A DNA stretch of 32,000 nucleotides from Pseudodesulfovibrio piezophilus C1TLV30. Lineage in GTDB: Bacteria; Desulfobacterota; Desulfovibrionia; Desulfovibrionales; Desulfovibrionaceae. A model generated the notes under the pieces. It was not told the DNA's origin, made no database searches, and was given only the letters and a program-made list of their open reading frames with translations. Positions within the stretch are counted from its first letter, which is position 1. Each line of letters begins with the position of its first letter. Positions 9,376 to 17,821 of the stretch are shown one piece after another. The stretch covers positions 30,001-62,000 of the forward strand of contig NC_020409.1 in the NCBI RefSeq assembly GCF_000341895.1, in the 5' to 3' direction. A program made the position numbers and the translations under genes.

Positions 9376-9792
9376 ATGTTCGGAAGATGGGTTTTAAATA
9401 CCTTTTTGACGATTTTTATTCTCTTTTTTGTCGGATGTGGCGTATTTTACAGCGATGAGGACGGGGTAGATTCGATGAAAACCCTTTTTTTGGATGATGG
9501 GTTTGAATTCGTTGTGAATATTGAAAAGGGTGAGAGTCATGCCGTGGATATGCCGGAGCCGAAAACCGCAGGATATGTCATTGTGGGAGCCTCATTTGAT
9601 CCGCATTTGCTGAAATTGATCCATTACACCAAATATGAAAAACAAGACGAAACCCGTGTCCAGTACGCTTTCAAAGCTCTGGCTGACGGGTCGTCTGATA
9701 TTCTGGTGAAGATGGTCCCCGTCAAGGGGGGGGATTCAGTTCTTTACAAACGCATCAGTATCAATGTGGGGGACAAGCGTTCTGTGTTTTAG
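9376..9792 (+). CDS. Small lipoprotein, possibly with a chagasin-like (I42 peptidase-inhibitor) fold
   Basis: GAGGAG lies 10 nt upstream of the ATG, and the signal peptide has the lipobox FFVGC. The pattern GESHAVDMPEPKTAGYVIV...FKALADGSSDILVKMVP...ISINV resembles the NPTTGY / beta-sandwich layout of chagasin-family proteins. That similarity is weak and judged by eye only. Confidence 0.55.
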   Translation: MFGRWVLNTFLTIFILFFVGCGVFYSDEDGVDSMKTLFLDDGFEFVVNIEKGESHAVDMPEPKTAGYVIVGASFDPHLLKLIHYTKYEKQDETRVQYAFKALADGSSDILVKMVPVKGGDSVLYKRISINVGDKRSVF

Positions 9793-12338
9793 GAGAAACG
9801 CTGTGCGACCTTGGTCAATTGGAATTCCAGAGGAGAGGCGTCATTCATGACGTGTTTGCTCAAAACCAGAGGACTCATATACGCTTCGCGCCAATCAAGC
9901 ACGAGAGTGAGTCCTGTTTCTGTTTCCGTGATCTCTTTGACAAGGGGACGGATATCAAAATTCTTCATCCCTTTCTTGGTGCGCTTTTCAACGATATATT
10001 TGTCGGTTTCCATGAAGTCCTTCCAGCGCGCGAGGTGTGCTTCCTGATTGTGAGCCAGGGATAACTCAAAGACTTCCTCTACTGCTTGGGGTTGCTTTTT
10101 CCCCATGGAGAGACGATCCGCTTTGAGGGGTTTCAGTCCAAGGGGCATGGTGGGCATCAAGCGCTTGATAACTTCCACCGGTTCAAAGTCTTCGCGTAAA
10201 TAGACATTGATCCACTCTGCTGCGCTTGAGACGCCAACCGGGAGAGCCTTGCCGAACGAGAGTCGGGGCATGGGATGAAAACCGGCGGAAAAGCTCATAG
10301 GTAGACCTGCTCTACGAAAAGCACGTTCAAAAACGGCCTGAAGCTCAAGCTGGCTTAAATACGTTGCTGGTCCATTCTTCTCGTACCAGAGACGGAAGTG
10401 AGCTGCTTTTATGGTCAAATCGGGAATCTCGACGGAGTAGGGAGGCTGTTCTCCTTCCTGGTCTCGTTCTTCGAAGATCATTCTTGGGCGAATATCTTTT
10501 ATTTTGGCCTGTTCTTTCAGTGTGGATTTTTTTTCACCCACCCCACACACACCGCAATTGTGGCATGCATTGTACCGACAGTCTTCGGTTATTTTTTCAT
10601 CAAGCGCTCGGTTCCGTTCCTTCAGCAGGTATTTCTTGGTCAGCCCACAGGACAAGTGGTCCCATGGAAGCGCGCCTTCGGGGTCTCTGGAACCAATGAA
10701 CTCATCCCAGGACAAACCAGCTTCATCCATTGCTTCTTTGTAAGGTTCGAGTCTGAGATGGTCTTTCCAACTCGAAAAAAGGGCGCCTTTGGCGTATGCT
10801 TTTTCCACGACCTCTGCCAACCGTCTGTCCCCACGCGAGAAAACACCTTCAAGTGATGTCATCTCCGGTTCATGGAATCGCATACTGATGCGTTTATGTC
10901 GGCGGAATTGGTCTCGCAAATACCCGATACGCCGATATATTTCATCATAGGATATTTGGGGTTCCCACTGAAATGGTGTTTGTGGTTTCGGGACAAATGG
11001 TGAAACTGCCGCTGTTACCTGAAGACGTTTGATATGTCTGCCTGCGGCGTCTCTGACTTTGAGACAGAGGTTGACTATGGCATCGAGGTCCGCGTCCGTT
11101 TCGGTCGGCAGTCCTATCATGAAGTAGAGTTTGACTCCTTGCCAACCGTTTTCAAAGAGCATGCGAACGTGTTCGAGCAGGCCTTCTTCGTCCACGCCCT
11201 TGTTGATCACATCTCGCAGGCGCTGACTCCCGGCTTCGGGGGCAATGGTCGCTCCAGTCCTTCGAATGGAGGAGATTCGTTCCATGATCGGGGATGAGAG
11301 TGAACCGACCCGGAGTGAAGGAAGTGATATGGCAATTTGTTCCGAGGCACATTGATCAAAACTGCTGGTAAAAAAAGTATTGAGAGCAGAGAAGTCTCCG
11401 GTGGAAAGGGAAAGCATGGATGTTTCTTCATAGCCCGTTTCATCCAGACCACGGGTGAGGATGTCCCCCAGGGTTTCAAGGGAGCGCTCTCGGACCGGGC
11501 GGTAGATCATACCCGCTTGGCAGAATCGGCAGCCTCGGGTGCATCCTCTGGCTATTTCCATTGTCAGGCGATCATGGATTGCATCAAAGGCGAGCACCTG
11601 GCCGCGTGGGAAGTGTGCCTTATCCAGATCGGCCACAATGGCTTTTTCCACGGTCTCATATCCTGGCAGCAAAGGCTTGAGTGGGGTGTGCGGTCCTTGG
11701 TCTTCAAAAAATGAAGGTATATAAACACCTGAAATGGTGGCGAGTTCTTTGAGGAGGTCGTCTTTCGAGGTCCCTGTGGCTTTGGCTTGTTCTATGCTGG
11801 ACAGGATGGCGGGAAGCGTTTCTTCACCGTCTCCGATGACCATGGCATCAAAAAAGGGAGCCACAGGCTCTGCGTTGAACGTTGCACCACCTCCTGCGAT
11901 GACAAGTGGGTGGGAGGTGTCTCTTTCTGCGGCTCTGAACGGAATATTCGCCAGATCAAGCATGTAGAGGATATTGGTATAGCAAAGCTCATGCGTCAGG
12001 CTGAAAGCGATAGCATCGAGTTCTCCCAAAGGCGTATCGGATTCCAGGGTTGTCAGTGGTGTGTCGTGTTCGCGCAGGAGGGCAGCGGTCTCTTCACATG
12101 GTGTGAAAACTCTCTCTGCCCAGAACTGTGGGTGAACATTAACTGTTTCTGAAAGGATTTTCTGTCCCAGATAGGACATGCCCACTTCGTACATATCGGG
12201 GAAGGCGAGGCCGCATCGGACAGTGACATTGGCCGGGTCCTTGATGGTGACACCCCATTCGCTACCAAGGTATCTGGACGGTCGGGGAAGGATGGGCAGA
12301 AGTTCTTTCATGGGTAGTTGACCACGTATTGGCATCAT
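9789..12338 (-). CDS. Radical SAM protein, fusion of a TIGR03960-type B12-binding-like/radical SAM enzyme with a C-terminal DUF2344 (TIGR03936-type) domain
   Basis: The CxxxCxxC cluster motif is ARGCTRGCRFCQAG, and the N-terminus LLPILPRPSRYLGSEWG is typical of the family. The track ORF begins at a TTG at 12389, just below (downstream on the - strand of) the terminator hairpin at 12401-12428. I prefer the ATG ATG at 12338/12335. Confidence 0.85.
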   Translation of the reverse strand: MMPIRGQLPMKELLPILPRPSRYLGSEWGVTIKDPANVTVRCGLAFPDMYEVGMSYLGQKILSETVNVHPQFWAERVFTPCEETAALLREHDTPLTTLESDTPLGELDAIAFSLTHELCYTNILYMLDLANIPFRAAERDTSHPLVIAGGGATFNAEPVAPFFDAMVIGDGEETLPAILSSIEQAKATGTSKDDLLKELATISGVYIPSFFEDQGPHTPLKPLLPGYETVEKAIVADLDKAHFPRGQVLAFDAIHDRLTMEIARGCTRGCRFCQAGMIYRPVRERSLETLGDILTRGLDETGYEETSMLSLSTGDFSALNTFFTSSFDQCASEQIAISLPSLRVGSLSSPIMERISSIRRTGATIAPEAGSQRLRDVINKGVDEEGLLEHVRMLFENGWQGVKLYFMIGLPTETDADLDAIVNLCLKVRDAAGRHIKRLQVTAAVSPFVPKPQTPFQWEPQISYDEIYRRIGYLRDQFRRHKRISMRFHEPEMTSLEGVFSRGDRRLAEVVEKAYAKGALFSSWKDHLRLEPYKEAMDEAGLSWDEFIGSRDPEGALPWDHLSCGLTKKYLLKERNRALDEKITEDCRYNACHNCGVCGVGEKKSTLKEQAKIKDIRPRMIFEERDQEGEQPPYSVEIPDLTIKAAHFRLWYEKNGPATYLSQLELQAVFERAFRRAGLPMSFSAGFHPMPRLSFGKALPVGVSSAAEWINVYLREDFEPVEVIKRLMPTMPLGLKPLKADRLSMGKKQPQAVEEVFELSLAHNQEAHLARWKDFMETDKYIVEKRTKKGMKNFDIRPLVKEITETETGLTLVLDWREAYMSPLVLSKHVMNDASPLEFQLTKVAQRFS

Positions 12339-12400
12339 GAACTCAGTTTCCGTTTCTGGGGACTTTTGTTCATGACATTCAGGTTGCAATGAAAAGAAAG

Positions 12401-12428
12401 CGGGGTCGGTATAATGAAACCGACCCCG
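12401..12428 (-). terminator. Intrinsic terminator downstream of the 116-aa gene
   Basis: 10-bp stem cggggtcggt / accgaccccg with an 8-nt loop, followed on the - strand by CTTTCTTTTC. It lies 25 nt after the stop codon at 12454. Confidence 0.6.
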
Positions 12429-12453
12429 TAAGTATCAAAAAAAGCGGGACCCG

Positions 12454-12804
12454 CTAGACGAGGTTGAGACCGCCGCCACCGCCGCCAAGGCCGTCAGGCC
12501 CTGCACCGCCAGAGAGATCAAGCCCACCGCTGGACATGCTGATATTGGTTACTGCTTCGATATATTTCGTCTTCAATTCTTCCGGACAGGTCTTGTATTC
12601 GAACAGGATGTGTTCCATGGAGATCTCGCCATGCATTTCCTGGTCAAAAGGGTATCCAAATGGCAGCAGGACCATCTGTGTTCCCTGTTGGGTTGGCATG
12701 GCCTGAATGGTGGCCGGGTCTTCGAGAATCTTGGCATCCTCGTTGAATTTGGCAACAACCATATCGCCGCTGATAAGTTTGACCAGTCTGATATCGTAGC
12801 TCAT
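12454..12804 (-). CDS. Hypothetical 116-aa protein with a beta-rich N-terminal part and a Gly-rich C-terminal tail
   Basis: AAGGAG lies 8 nt upstream of the ATG. The ORF is bracketed by hairpins on both sides. The tail reads SSGGLDLSGGAGPDGLGGGGGGLNLV. I recognise no family. Confidence 0.6.
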   Translation of the reverse strand: MSYDIRLVKLISGDMVVAKFNEDAKILEDPATIQAMPTQQGTQMVLLPFGYPFDQEMHGEISMEHILFEYKTCPEELKTKYIEAVTNISMSSGGLDLSGGAGPDGLGGGGGGLNLV

Positions 12805-12952
12805 AAATTAATCTCCTTAATGTGTTGTGGGGTCGGTGTTCTAAGTATGTATGGTGTGGCTCAGTGTCAAGGAATGGAGTATTTTCTTCTTGTGTGAGTC
12901 CTTGGGGGGCCATTGCCATCATACCTCGACTCCCTTTACTTATCATAAAGAC

Positions 12953-12976
12953 CGGGGACTGTAACGGTCGTCCCCG
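12953..12976 (-). terminator. Possible terminator hairpin after the symporter gene
   Basis: The stem is cggggac / gtccccg with a 10-nt loop, 34 nt downstream of the stop at 13010. The tract after it on the - strand is only moderately U-rich. The cleaner T-run (atcttttt) is on the + strand. Confidence 0.35.
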
Positions 12977-13009
12977 ATCTTTTTCAAGGTGAGAGATATC
13001 GATATCGGA

Positions 13010-14584
13010 TCAGAGTTTTTCGGGACCGTGCAGTATCGCCATGACTTTCTGTGTATCTGGGGGAAGGGCAGATTCTCCTTTGGTGGACACTTCCATTTTT
13101 GAGGCCACGTAAATGGCTAAAAAGGAGAAGAGCATGACGAATCCACCCGGATTTTTGTATTGCAAAAAATCGGGAAGCAGGTCTTTTCCCAGTATCATGA
13201 AGAATGAGCCGATAATGCCCGTTGTCAATCCTGCACATGCACCGTTTTTCGTCATTCGAGGCCACCAGACCCCCATCACAAGTACGGGAAAAAAGGTGGA
13301 AGCAGCGATGGCAAAGGCTAATCCGACGAGAACGGCTATCTGCATGGATTCCGCCCAGAAGCCCAGAGGGATGCCAAGTAGCCCGACCAATATTGAAGAG
13401 AGCCGAGCGACTTTGACGCGAGTTTGTTCCGGCATGTCAGGGTTGAAAATATTGACCACGAGGTCATGTCCGATTGCTCCCGCACAGGCTATAATCAATC
13501 CGGCGACAGTGGACAGGATGGCCGCAAAGGCTCCTGCAACGACAATACCGAGCAAGATCTGTCCTCCAAAATGAGAACCAGCAACCGGGACTGCCAGATT
13601 CTTGCCATTGACGGCGAGCCATTTCATGAGATGAGGTGAGACATCCATGGATTCACCTTGCATATAGGTATAGCGGATGACATGACCGACATAGGGACTA
13701 AGGATGTAGAACATGCCGATAAGCAAAAGAACATATATGACTGTTCTGCGTGCAGCTTTGCCATCCGGTGCAGTATAGAAACGCACTAGAATGTGGGGTA
13801 AACCGGCTGTGCCGAACATGAGAGCCAGCAGGAGAGACAATGTGTCTTTGAGATTCGTCAACCAATACGCAGGCCCGGTGTATGCGGCTCCATCAAAGAT
13901 CTTTCCAGTCACAGGGTCCGGGCCCTTGAAGGTCGCCAAAAAGCTGACAACATCGCTGTAAGTATATCCTTTTACCATGAATGGGATGAATGCGAGCAGG
14001 AACATGGCTCCGAAGAGAATCCAGAATTGGACCAGTTGATTAATCGTTGTTGCCTTCATACCGCCAACGGTTACATAGAATGTGATGATGCAGGCGATGA
14101 TAATAATGGAGGGTTCGTAGTCGATATTTAGCAGAAGCCCCATGACCTTCCCGGCCCCCAACATTTGTGGAGCCATGTAGAACAAGGAAACAAAGAGAAC
14201 ACCGATGACACCGAGTATGCGTGCTGTCTTTGAGTGAAAACGCTCTGAAACGAAATCAGGTACAGTGTAACGACCGAACTTTCTCAGTGGGCTTGCCAGA
14301 AACAGAAGGAGTGCAATATATCCGACGAAAAAACCCAGTGCATAGATAATACCGTCAAAACCGTACAGGAATGCCACGCCTGCGACTCCAAGAAATGAAG
14401 CGGCTGACAAATAGTCGGATGAAATGGCGGAAGCATTGATGAACGAATTGACTTTGCGTCCTGCCAGATAATAGTCAGCAGAAGTCTTTTGGCTGCGAAA
14501 CATGAATGTTGTCACTATTGTAAACGTCAACATGCAGCCGATGAGGATCAGGGCCATGACAGGTATTTGATATCCGGCTTCCAT
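13010..14584 (-). CDS. Sodium:solute symporter family (SSF) large subunit, VC_2705-like subfamily
   Basis: 524-aa polytopic protein with the typical SSF sequence pattern. It sits immediately downstream (1-nt gap, RBS GGGAGGA) of a DUF4212-type small subunit gene, which is the hallmark pairing of this subfamily. Confidence 0.85.
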   Translation of the reverse strand: MEAGYQIPVMALILIGCMLTFTIVTTFMFRSQKTSADYYLAGRKVNSFINASAISSDYLSAASFLGVAGVAFLYGFDGIIYALGFFVGYIALLLFLASPLRKFGRYTVPDFVSERFHSKTARILGVIGVLFVSLFYMAPQMLGAGKVMGLLLNIDYEPSIIIIACIITFYVTVGGMKATTINQLVQFWILFGAMFLLAFIPFMVKGYTYSDVVSFLATFKGPDPVTGKIFDGAAYTGPAYWLTNLKDTLSLLLALMFGTAGLPHILVRFYTAPDGKAARRTVIYVLLLIGMFYILSPYVGHVIRYTYMQGESMDVSPHLMKWLAVNGKNLAVPVAGSHFGGQILLGIVVAGAFAAILSTVAGLIIACAGAIGHDLVVNIFNPDMPEQTRVKVARLSSILVGLLGIPLGFWAESMQIAVLVGLAFAIAASTFFPVLVMGVWWPRMTKNGACAGLTTGIIGSFFMILGKDLLPDFLQYKNPGGFVMLFSFLAIYVASKMEVSTKGESALPPDTQKVMAILHGPEKL

Positions 14585-14585
14585 T

Positions 14586-14852
14586 TTATCCTCCCTGAAT
14601 TTCGGTTGCTATTTCATCTTCCATTTCATTGGCCTTGCTCACATACCAGATGAATAATCCCCAGGTTATGGGATAGATTGCCACGGCTACCAGCCAGTAG
14701 TGTAACGGGAGTGCCAGAATGGAAATTTGACTGATCATATCTCCTGCAAGATAAACAAGCAGGAAAATGGCAATAACAAAGGCAAAATACGGAATGCCTA
14801 TGCCAAGCGCGAATGAAAGTTGTTTTTTCCGAATTGATTCAATTTGATTCAT
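14586..14852 (-). CDS. Putative solute:sodium symporter small subunit (DUF4212 type)
   Basis: 88 aa with two predicted TM helices (FALGIGIPYFAFVIAIFLLVYLA; HYWLVAVAIYPITWGLFIWYV) and an acidic C-terminus. Its position directly upstream of the SSF gene supports the call. Confidence 0.7.
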   Translation of the reverse strand: MNQIESIRKKQLSFALGIGIPYFAFVIAIFLLVYLAGDMISQISILALPLHYWLVAVAIYPITWGLFIWYVSKANEMEDEIATEIQGG

Positions 14853-14933
14853 GATTCTCCCCTTTTTTTTATTGAGTTAATTTGCTGTCGGATTATTTTT
14901 ACAGTAGTGAATCTGAATGACGCATTGCCTTTC

Positions 14934-15092
14934 CGGTCAACGGTCAAACCTTATCGGTGACGGAGAAATCTCTGTTGCAGGCTCCGGTTAACGGGAGGTT
15001 TTTTCCGGTTAACGGTCTGGACCGAGCCATGGAGATTGCTATGGATACGTTTGATTCAGGACGATCAGGAGAAAGAACATCGGTGAACGGTC
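14934..15092 (+). repeat. Four same-orientation copies of the motif CGGTNAACGG(T/G) at the 5' end of, and upstream of, the DUF294 gene
   Basis: The copies are cggtcaacggtc (14934-14945), cggttaacggga (14985-14996), cggttaacggtc (15006-15017) and cggtgaacggtc (15081-15092). Including flanks (tttccggtYaacggtc), copies 1 and 3 are 15/16 identical. Confidence 0.5.
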
Positions 15093-16114
15093 GATTCGTT
15101 TCTTTCATTGAGTTTGATGATATTTCCGAGATGGTCTGCTCTGGAAACTGGGGGGTGCTTTGTGCAAGACGGTATGAGTTGGTTCAGCAGGGGGCAGAGT
15201 GTGAGGCGAGTGCCGAAGAGGTCTGCAAGCAACTCTCGGCGTTCAACCGGTCCGTGATTCGAGCTGTTCTGGAAATGCATTCAGAAGATGCCCCATGGTT
15301 GGCACAGTGCACATTTATGGAATTTGGTTCTGGCGGGCGCGATGAGCAGATCTTGGGGTCTGATCAGGATAATGGTTTGCTTTTACATACTTTTGTCGAT
15401 CGAGACCACTTGGAGCAGGTCACTCAATCGATTGTTGTTTCACTTGATGCTGCGGGGTTGCCTTTGTGTGGTGGTGAAGTCATGGTCAATAATGTGGAGT
15501 GGCGTGGGGATTTTGACACATGGTGTCATCGGTTGATCGGTTGGCTGTCGAATCCCATAGAAAAAGGACCGTGGCAATCAGGTCTTATATTTGATTTCAA
15601 GGCAGTCTTCGGCTCCGAGCCTGAAGTCGTCCGCTTGCGAGAAAAGGTCTGGGAGTATGTGAGAACCAAACCTGTCACACTATCATTGCTGATCGGAGAG
15701 TTGACCGAATACCGTCTCCCGCTCTCTTTCTGGGGGGCCTTTATTACAGAAAAAGAAGGACCATGGCAGGGGTGCCTGAATCTCAAGAAATCAATTTTGA
15801 CCCATATCATCAAAAGTATTCGGATACTTGCACTCAAGTATGGCTTGCATTCCCATAATACCTGCGACAGGCTCCGTCTGCTTGTGGGCGCCGGACATAT
15901 TGAAAGGCACCTTGGCGAACACTTGTTGAAAGCGTGGGAGTTTCTTCAGGGGAAACGACTCGAAATCGGGCTTTCCTGCTTTCGGCACAGCATTCCGTAT
16001 CATGGTTATCTTGATCCGTCGGTTTTGGATGGGGAGGGTGAGACTCAGTTGAAAGAGACAATCCATACCGTTGCAAAATTCGTGGAGCGTGTTCAGGCAG
16101 GGGATGGATTGTGA
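14957..16114 (+). CDS. DUF294-type putative nucleotidyltransferase with DUF294_C substrate-binding domain, lacking the usual cNMP/CBS sensor domains
   Basis: The nucleotidyltransferase motif is FGSGGRDEQILGSDQDNGLLL, followed by a helical C-terminal domain. The start is uncertain: GTG at 14957 (ORF track) or ATG at 15029. The repeated VNGRF peptides upstream of 15029 favour the longer form. Confidence 0.75.
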   Translation: MTEKSLLQAPVNGRFFPVNGLDRAMEIAMDTFDSGRSGERTSVNGRFVSFIEFDDISEMVCSGNWGVLCARRYELVQQGAECEASAEEVCKQLSAFNRSVIRAVLEMHSEDAPWLAQCTFMEFGSGGRDEQILGSDQDNGLLLHTFVDRDHLEQVTQSIVVSLDAAGLPLCGGEVMVNNVEWRGDFDTWCHRLIGWLSNPIEKGPWQSGLIFDFKAVFGSEPEVVRLREKVWEYVRTKPVTLSLLIGELTEYRLPLSFWGAFITEKEGPWQGCLNLKKSILTHIIKSIRILALKYGLHSHNTCDRLRLLVGAGHIERHLGEHLLKAWEFLQGKRLEIGLSCFRHSIPYHGYLDPSVLDGEGETQLKETIHTVAKFVERVQAGDGL

Positions 16115-16188
16115 GATGCCGGTGCTGAATTTGCACTCTGTACCTAGCTGACAGTGAATTGACAGCACAACAGGAAAGGAACTGCCTC

Positions 16189-17742
16189 GTGAATGTTCTG
16201 ATTATCAATCTGACTCGTTTTGGTGACCTCATCCAGACGCAGCCGGTTATTTCCGGTTATACTAGTTTGGGCCATCGTGTGGCCCTTGTTTGCCTCTCGA
16301 ATTTTGCTTCGGCAGCAACCTTGCTTGACGGGGTGGAGAAGGTCTTTTCGTTCCCTGGAGCAGGATTACTTTCCAAGCTTGATGAGCAGTGGCAGTTGGC
16401 GATTCGGGATGCTTCTCAATTCAAGGCGGATATCCTTGATGCTTTTTTACCAGATCGTGTTGTTAATTTGACTCCGTCCATTTCTTCTCGGTTGCTTGCG
16501 TCCGACCTTGCTGTGGCAGATGCGAGTGTCGTTGGGTTCGGGGTCGATGAGTTTGGTTTCAATGCGGACACTTCTGCGTGGGCTGCCTTTCTTCAAATCG
16601 GGGGAAGTAATCGTGGTGCCAGTCCATTCAATGTGTGTGACATCTTTCGCCGGACTGCTGAGTTGAGGGGCGAGGGGAGTACTCTTGATTTGGTTCGACC
16701 GGATGAAAACATCCTTGAACATGCACGAGGTGTTTTGGCTTCCGCCATGCCTCACAAAGGGCGAGGTTATATTGCTGTTCAGTTGGGTGCGAGCGAAGAT
16801 CGGCGGCGATGGCCTGTGGATTCTTTCCGAGAAACAGCACGTCTGGCCTGGGAGCACGACGGTCTCATCCCTGTTCTGCTCGGGACCAAAGGGGAGGCAG
16901 AGCTTGGGGAACGGTTTGTGGAGGGCGCTTTATTTCCGGTCATTTCCCTTATAGGCAAAACTTCTCTTGTGGAATTGGCTGGGGTCTTGTGTCAGTGTGA
17001 TGCGCTGATGACCAATGACACGGGAACGATGCACCTTGCGGCAGGGCTTGGTATTCCTGTCTGTGCGGTCTTTCTTGCAACAGCTCAACCTTGGGATACC
17101 GGCCCATACAGTGCAGGCAATATCTGTCTTGAACCTGATCTGGAGTGTCATCCGTGCGATTTTGGTAAGCCGTGTCCCAATCAACATGTTTGTCGGAGAA
17201 TAGTCACGTCCGAGGTCTTTTACGAGGCGCTTACGGTTCTTTTGCAGGGTAGGGGCGGTGTCAAAGCCTCAGGGAGCAGGGCTTGGCTGACCAGAATGTG
17301 TGAAGATGGCTTCATGGGCTTGACTTCACTTTCTGGGCACGATCAAGAAGACCGTACTCTTTGGATTGCCATGCAACATGCTTACTATTCCCGTTTCTTG
17401 GATGGAGACTCTCCGCCTGAGAAAACAGGACTTGTCTCAACCCTTTCTGCACCTATGGCCGATGAAATATCCAAAACTTTGACGAGTGCTCACGATATGC
17501 TTTTTTTATTGAGCCAGCAGGGCATGCTGCTTGCTAAAAATCCGCGACCGCAAGCCAAAAGTAAATTCCTTGCATCCTGGCAACGTTTGCAAAATATACT
17601 GGGGGCAAATCGTTATCTTAACATCTTGGGAATTTTATGGATGTTCGAGTCCCAGGGGTGTGGTGATGACCTTGACTCCCTGCTCGAAGTTACAGAACGA
17701 TACCGAGAACTTTTTGCCTCAATGTTGTATGAATTCAAGTGA
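16189..17742 (+). CDS. Glycosyltransferase family 9 (heptosyltransferase-like) with a ~170-aa C-terminal extension of unknown function
   Basis: The GT9 N-terminal signature is VLIINLTRFGDLIQTQPVI, with NDTGTMHLAAGLG in the nucleotide-sugar half and the Cys motif CHPCDFGKPCPNQHVC. I prefer the GTG at 16189, with AAGGA 8 nt upstream, over the TTG at 16159. Confidence 0.75.
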   Translation: MNVLIINLTRFGDLIQTQPVISGYTSLGHRVALVCLSNFASAATLLDGVEKVFSFPGAGLLSKLDEQWQLAIRDASQFKADILDAFLPDRVVNLTPSISSRLLASDLAVADASVVGFGVDEFGFNADTSAWAAFLQIGGSNRGASPFNVCDIFRRTAELRGEGSTLDLVRPDENILEHARGVLASAMPHKGRGYIAVQLGASEDRRRWPVDSFRETARLAWEHDGLIPVLLGTKGEAELGERFVEGALFPVISLIGKTSLVELAGVLCQCDALMTNDTGTMHLAAGLGIPVCAVFLATAQPWDTGPYSAGNICLEPDLECHPCDFGKPCPNQHVCRRIVTSEVFYEALTVLLQGRGGVKASGSRAWLTRMCEDGFMGLTSLSGHDQEDRTLWIAMQHAYYSRFLDGDSPPEKTGLVSTLSAPMADEISKTLTSAHDMLFLLSQQGMLLAKNPRPQAKSKFLASWQRLQNILGANRYLNILGILWMFESQGCGDDLDSLLEVTERYRELFASMLYEFK

Positions 17743-17821
17743 TCGGCACGAATATTGTAATAAGTCGATCGAACCGATTTAAACGGAAAATTTATCATCC
17801 CTTTTCGAGGAGGAGATTGAA

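Noticed and set aside
16149-16165. Direct repeat TGACAG-N5-TGACAG upstream of the GT9 fusion gene, resembling the arms of the inverted repeat at 27213-27234 and CTGTC-N7-GACAG at 21871-21887
   Set aside because: The hexamer is short, and the orientations and spacings differ between sites. Chance occurrence cannot be excluded without a genome-wide count.
17750-17782. Possible sigma28 (FliA)-type promoter upstream of the acidic 200-aa gene (ccgattta resembling GCCGATAA)
   Set aside because: The -10 match is only about 5/8, and there is no TAAA element at the correct 15-nt spacing.
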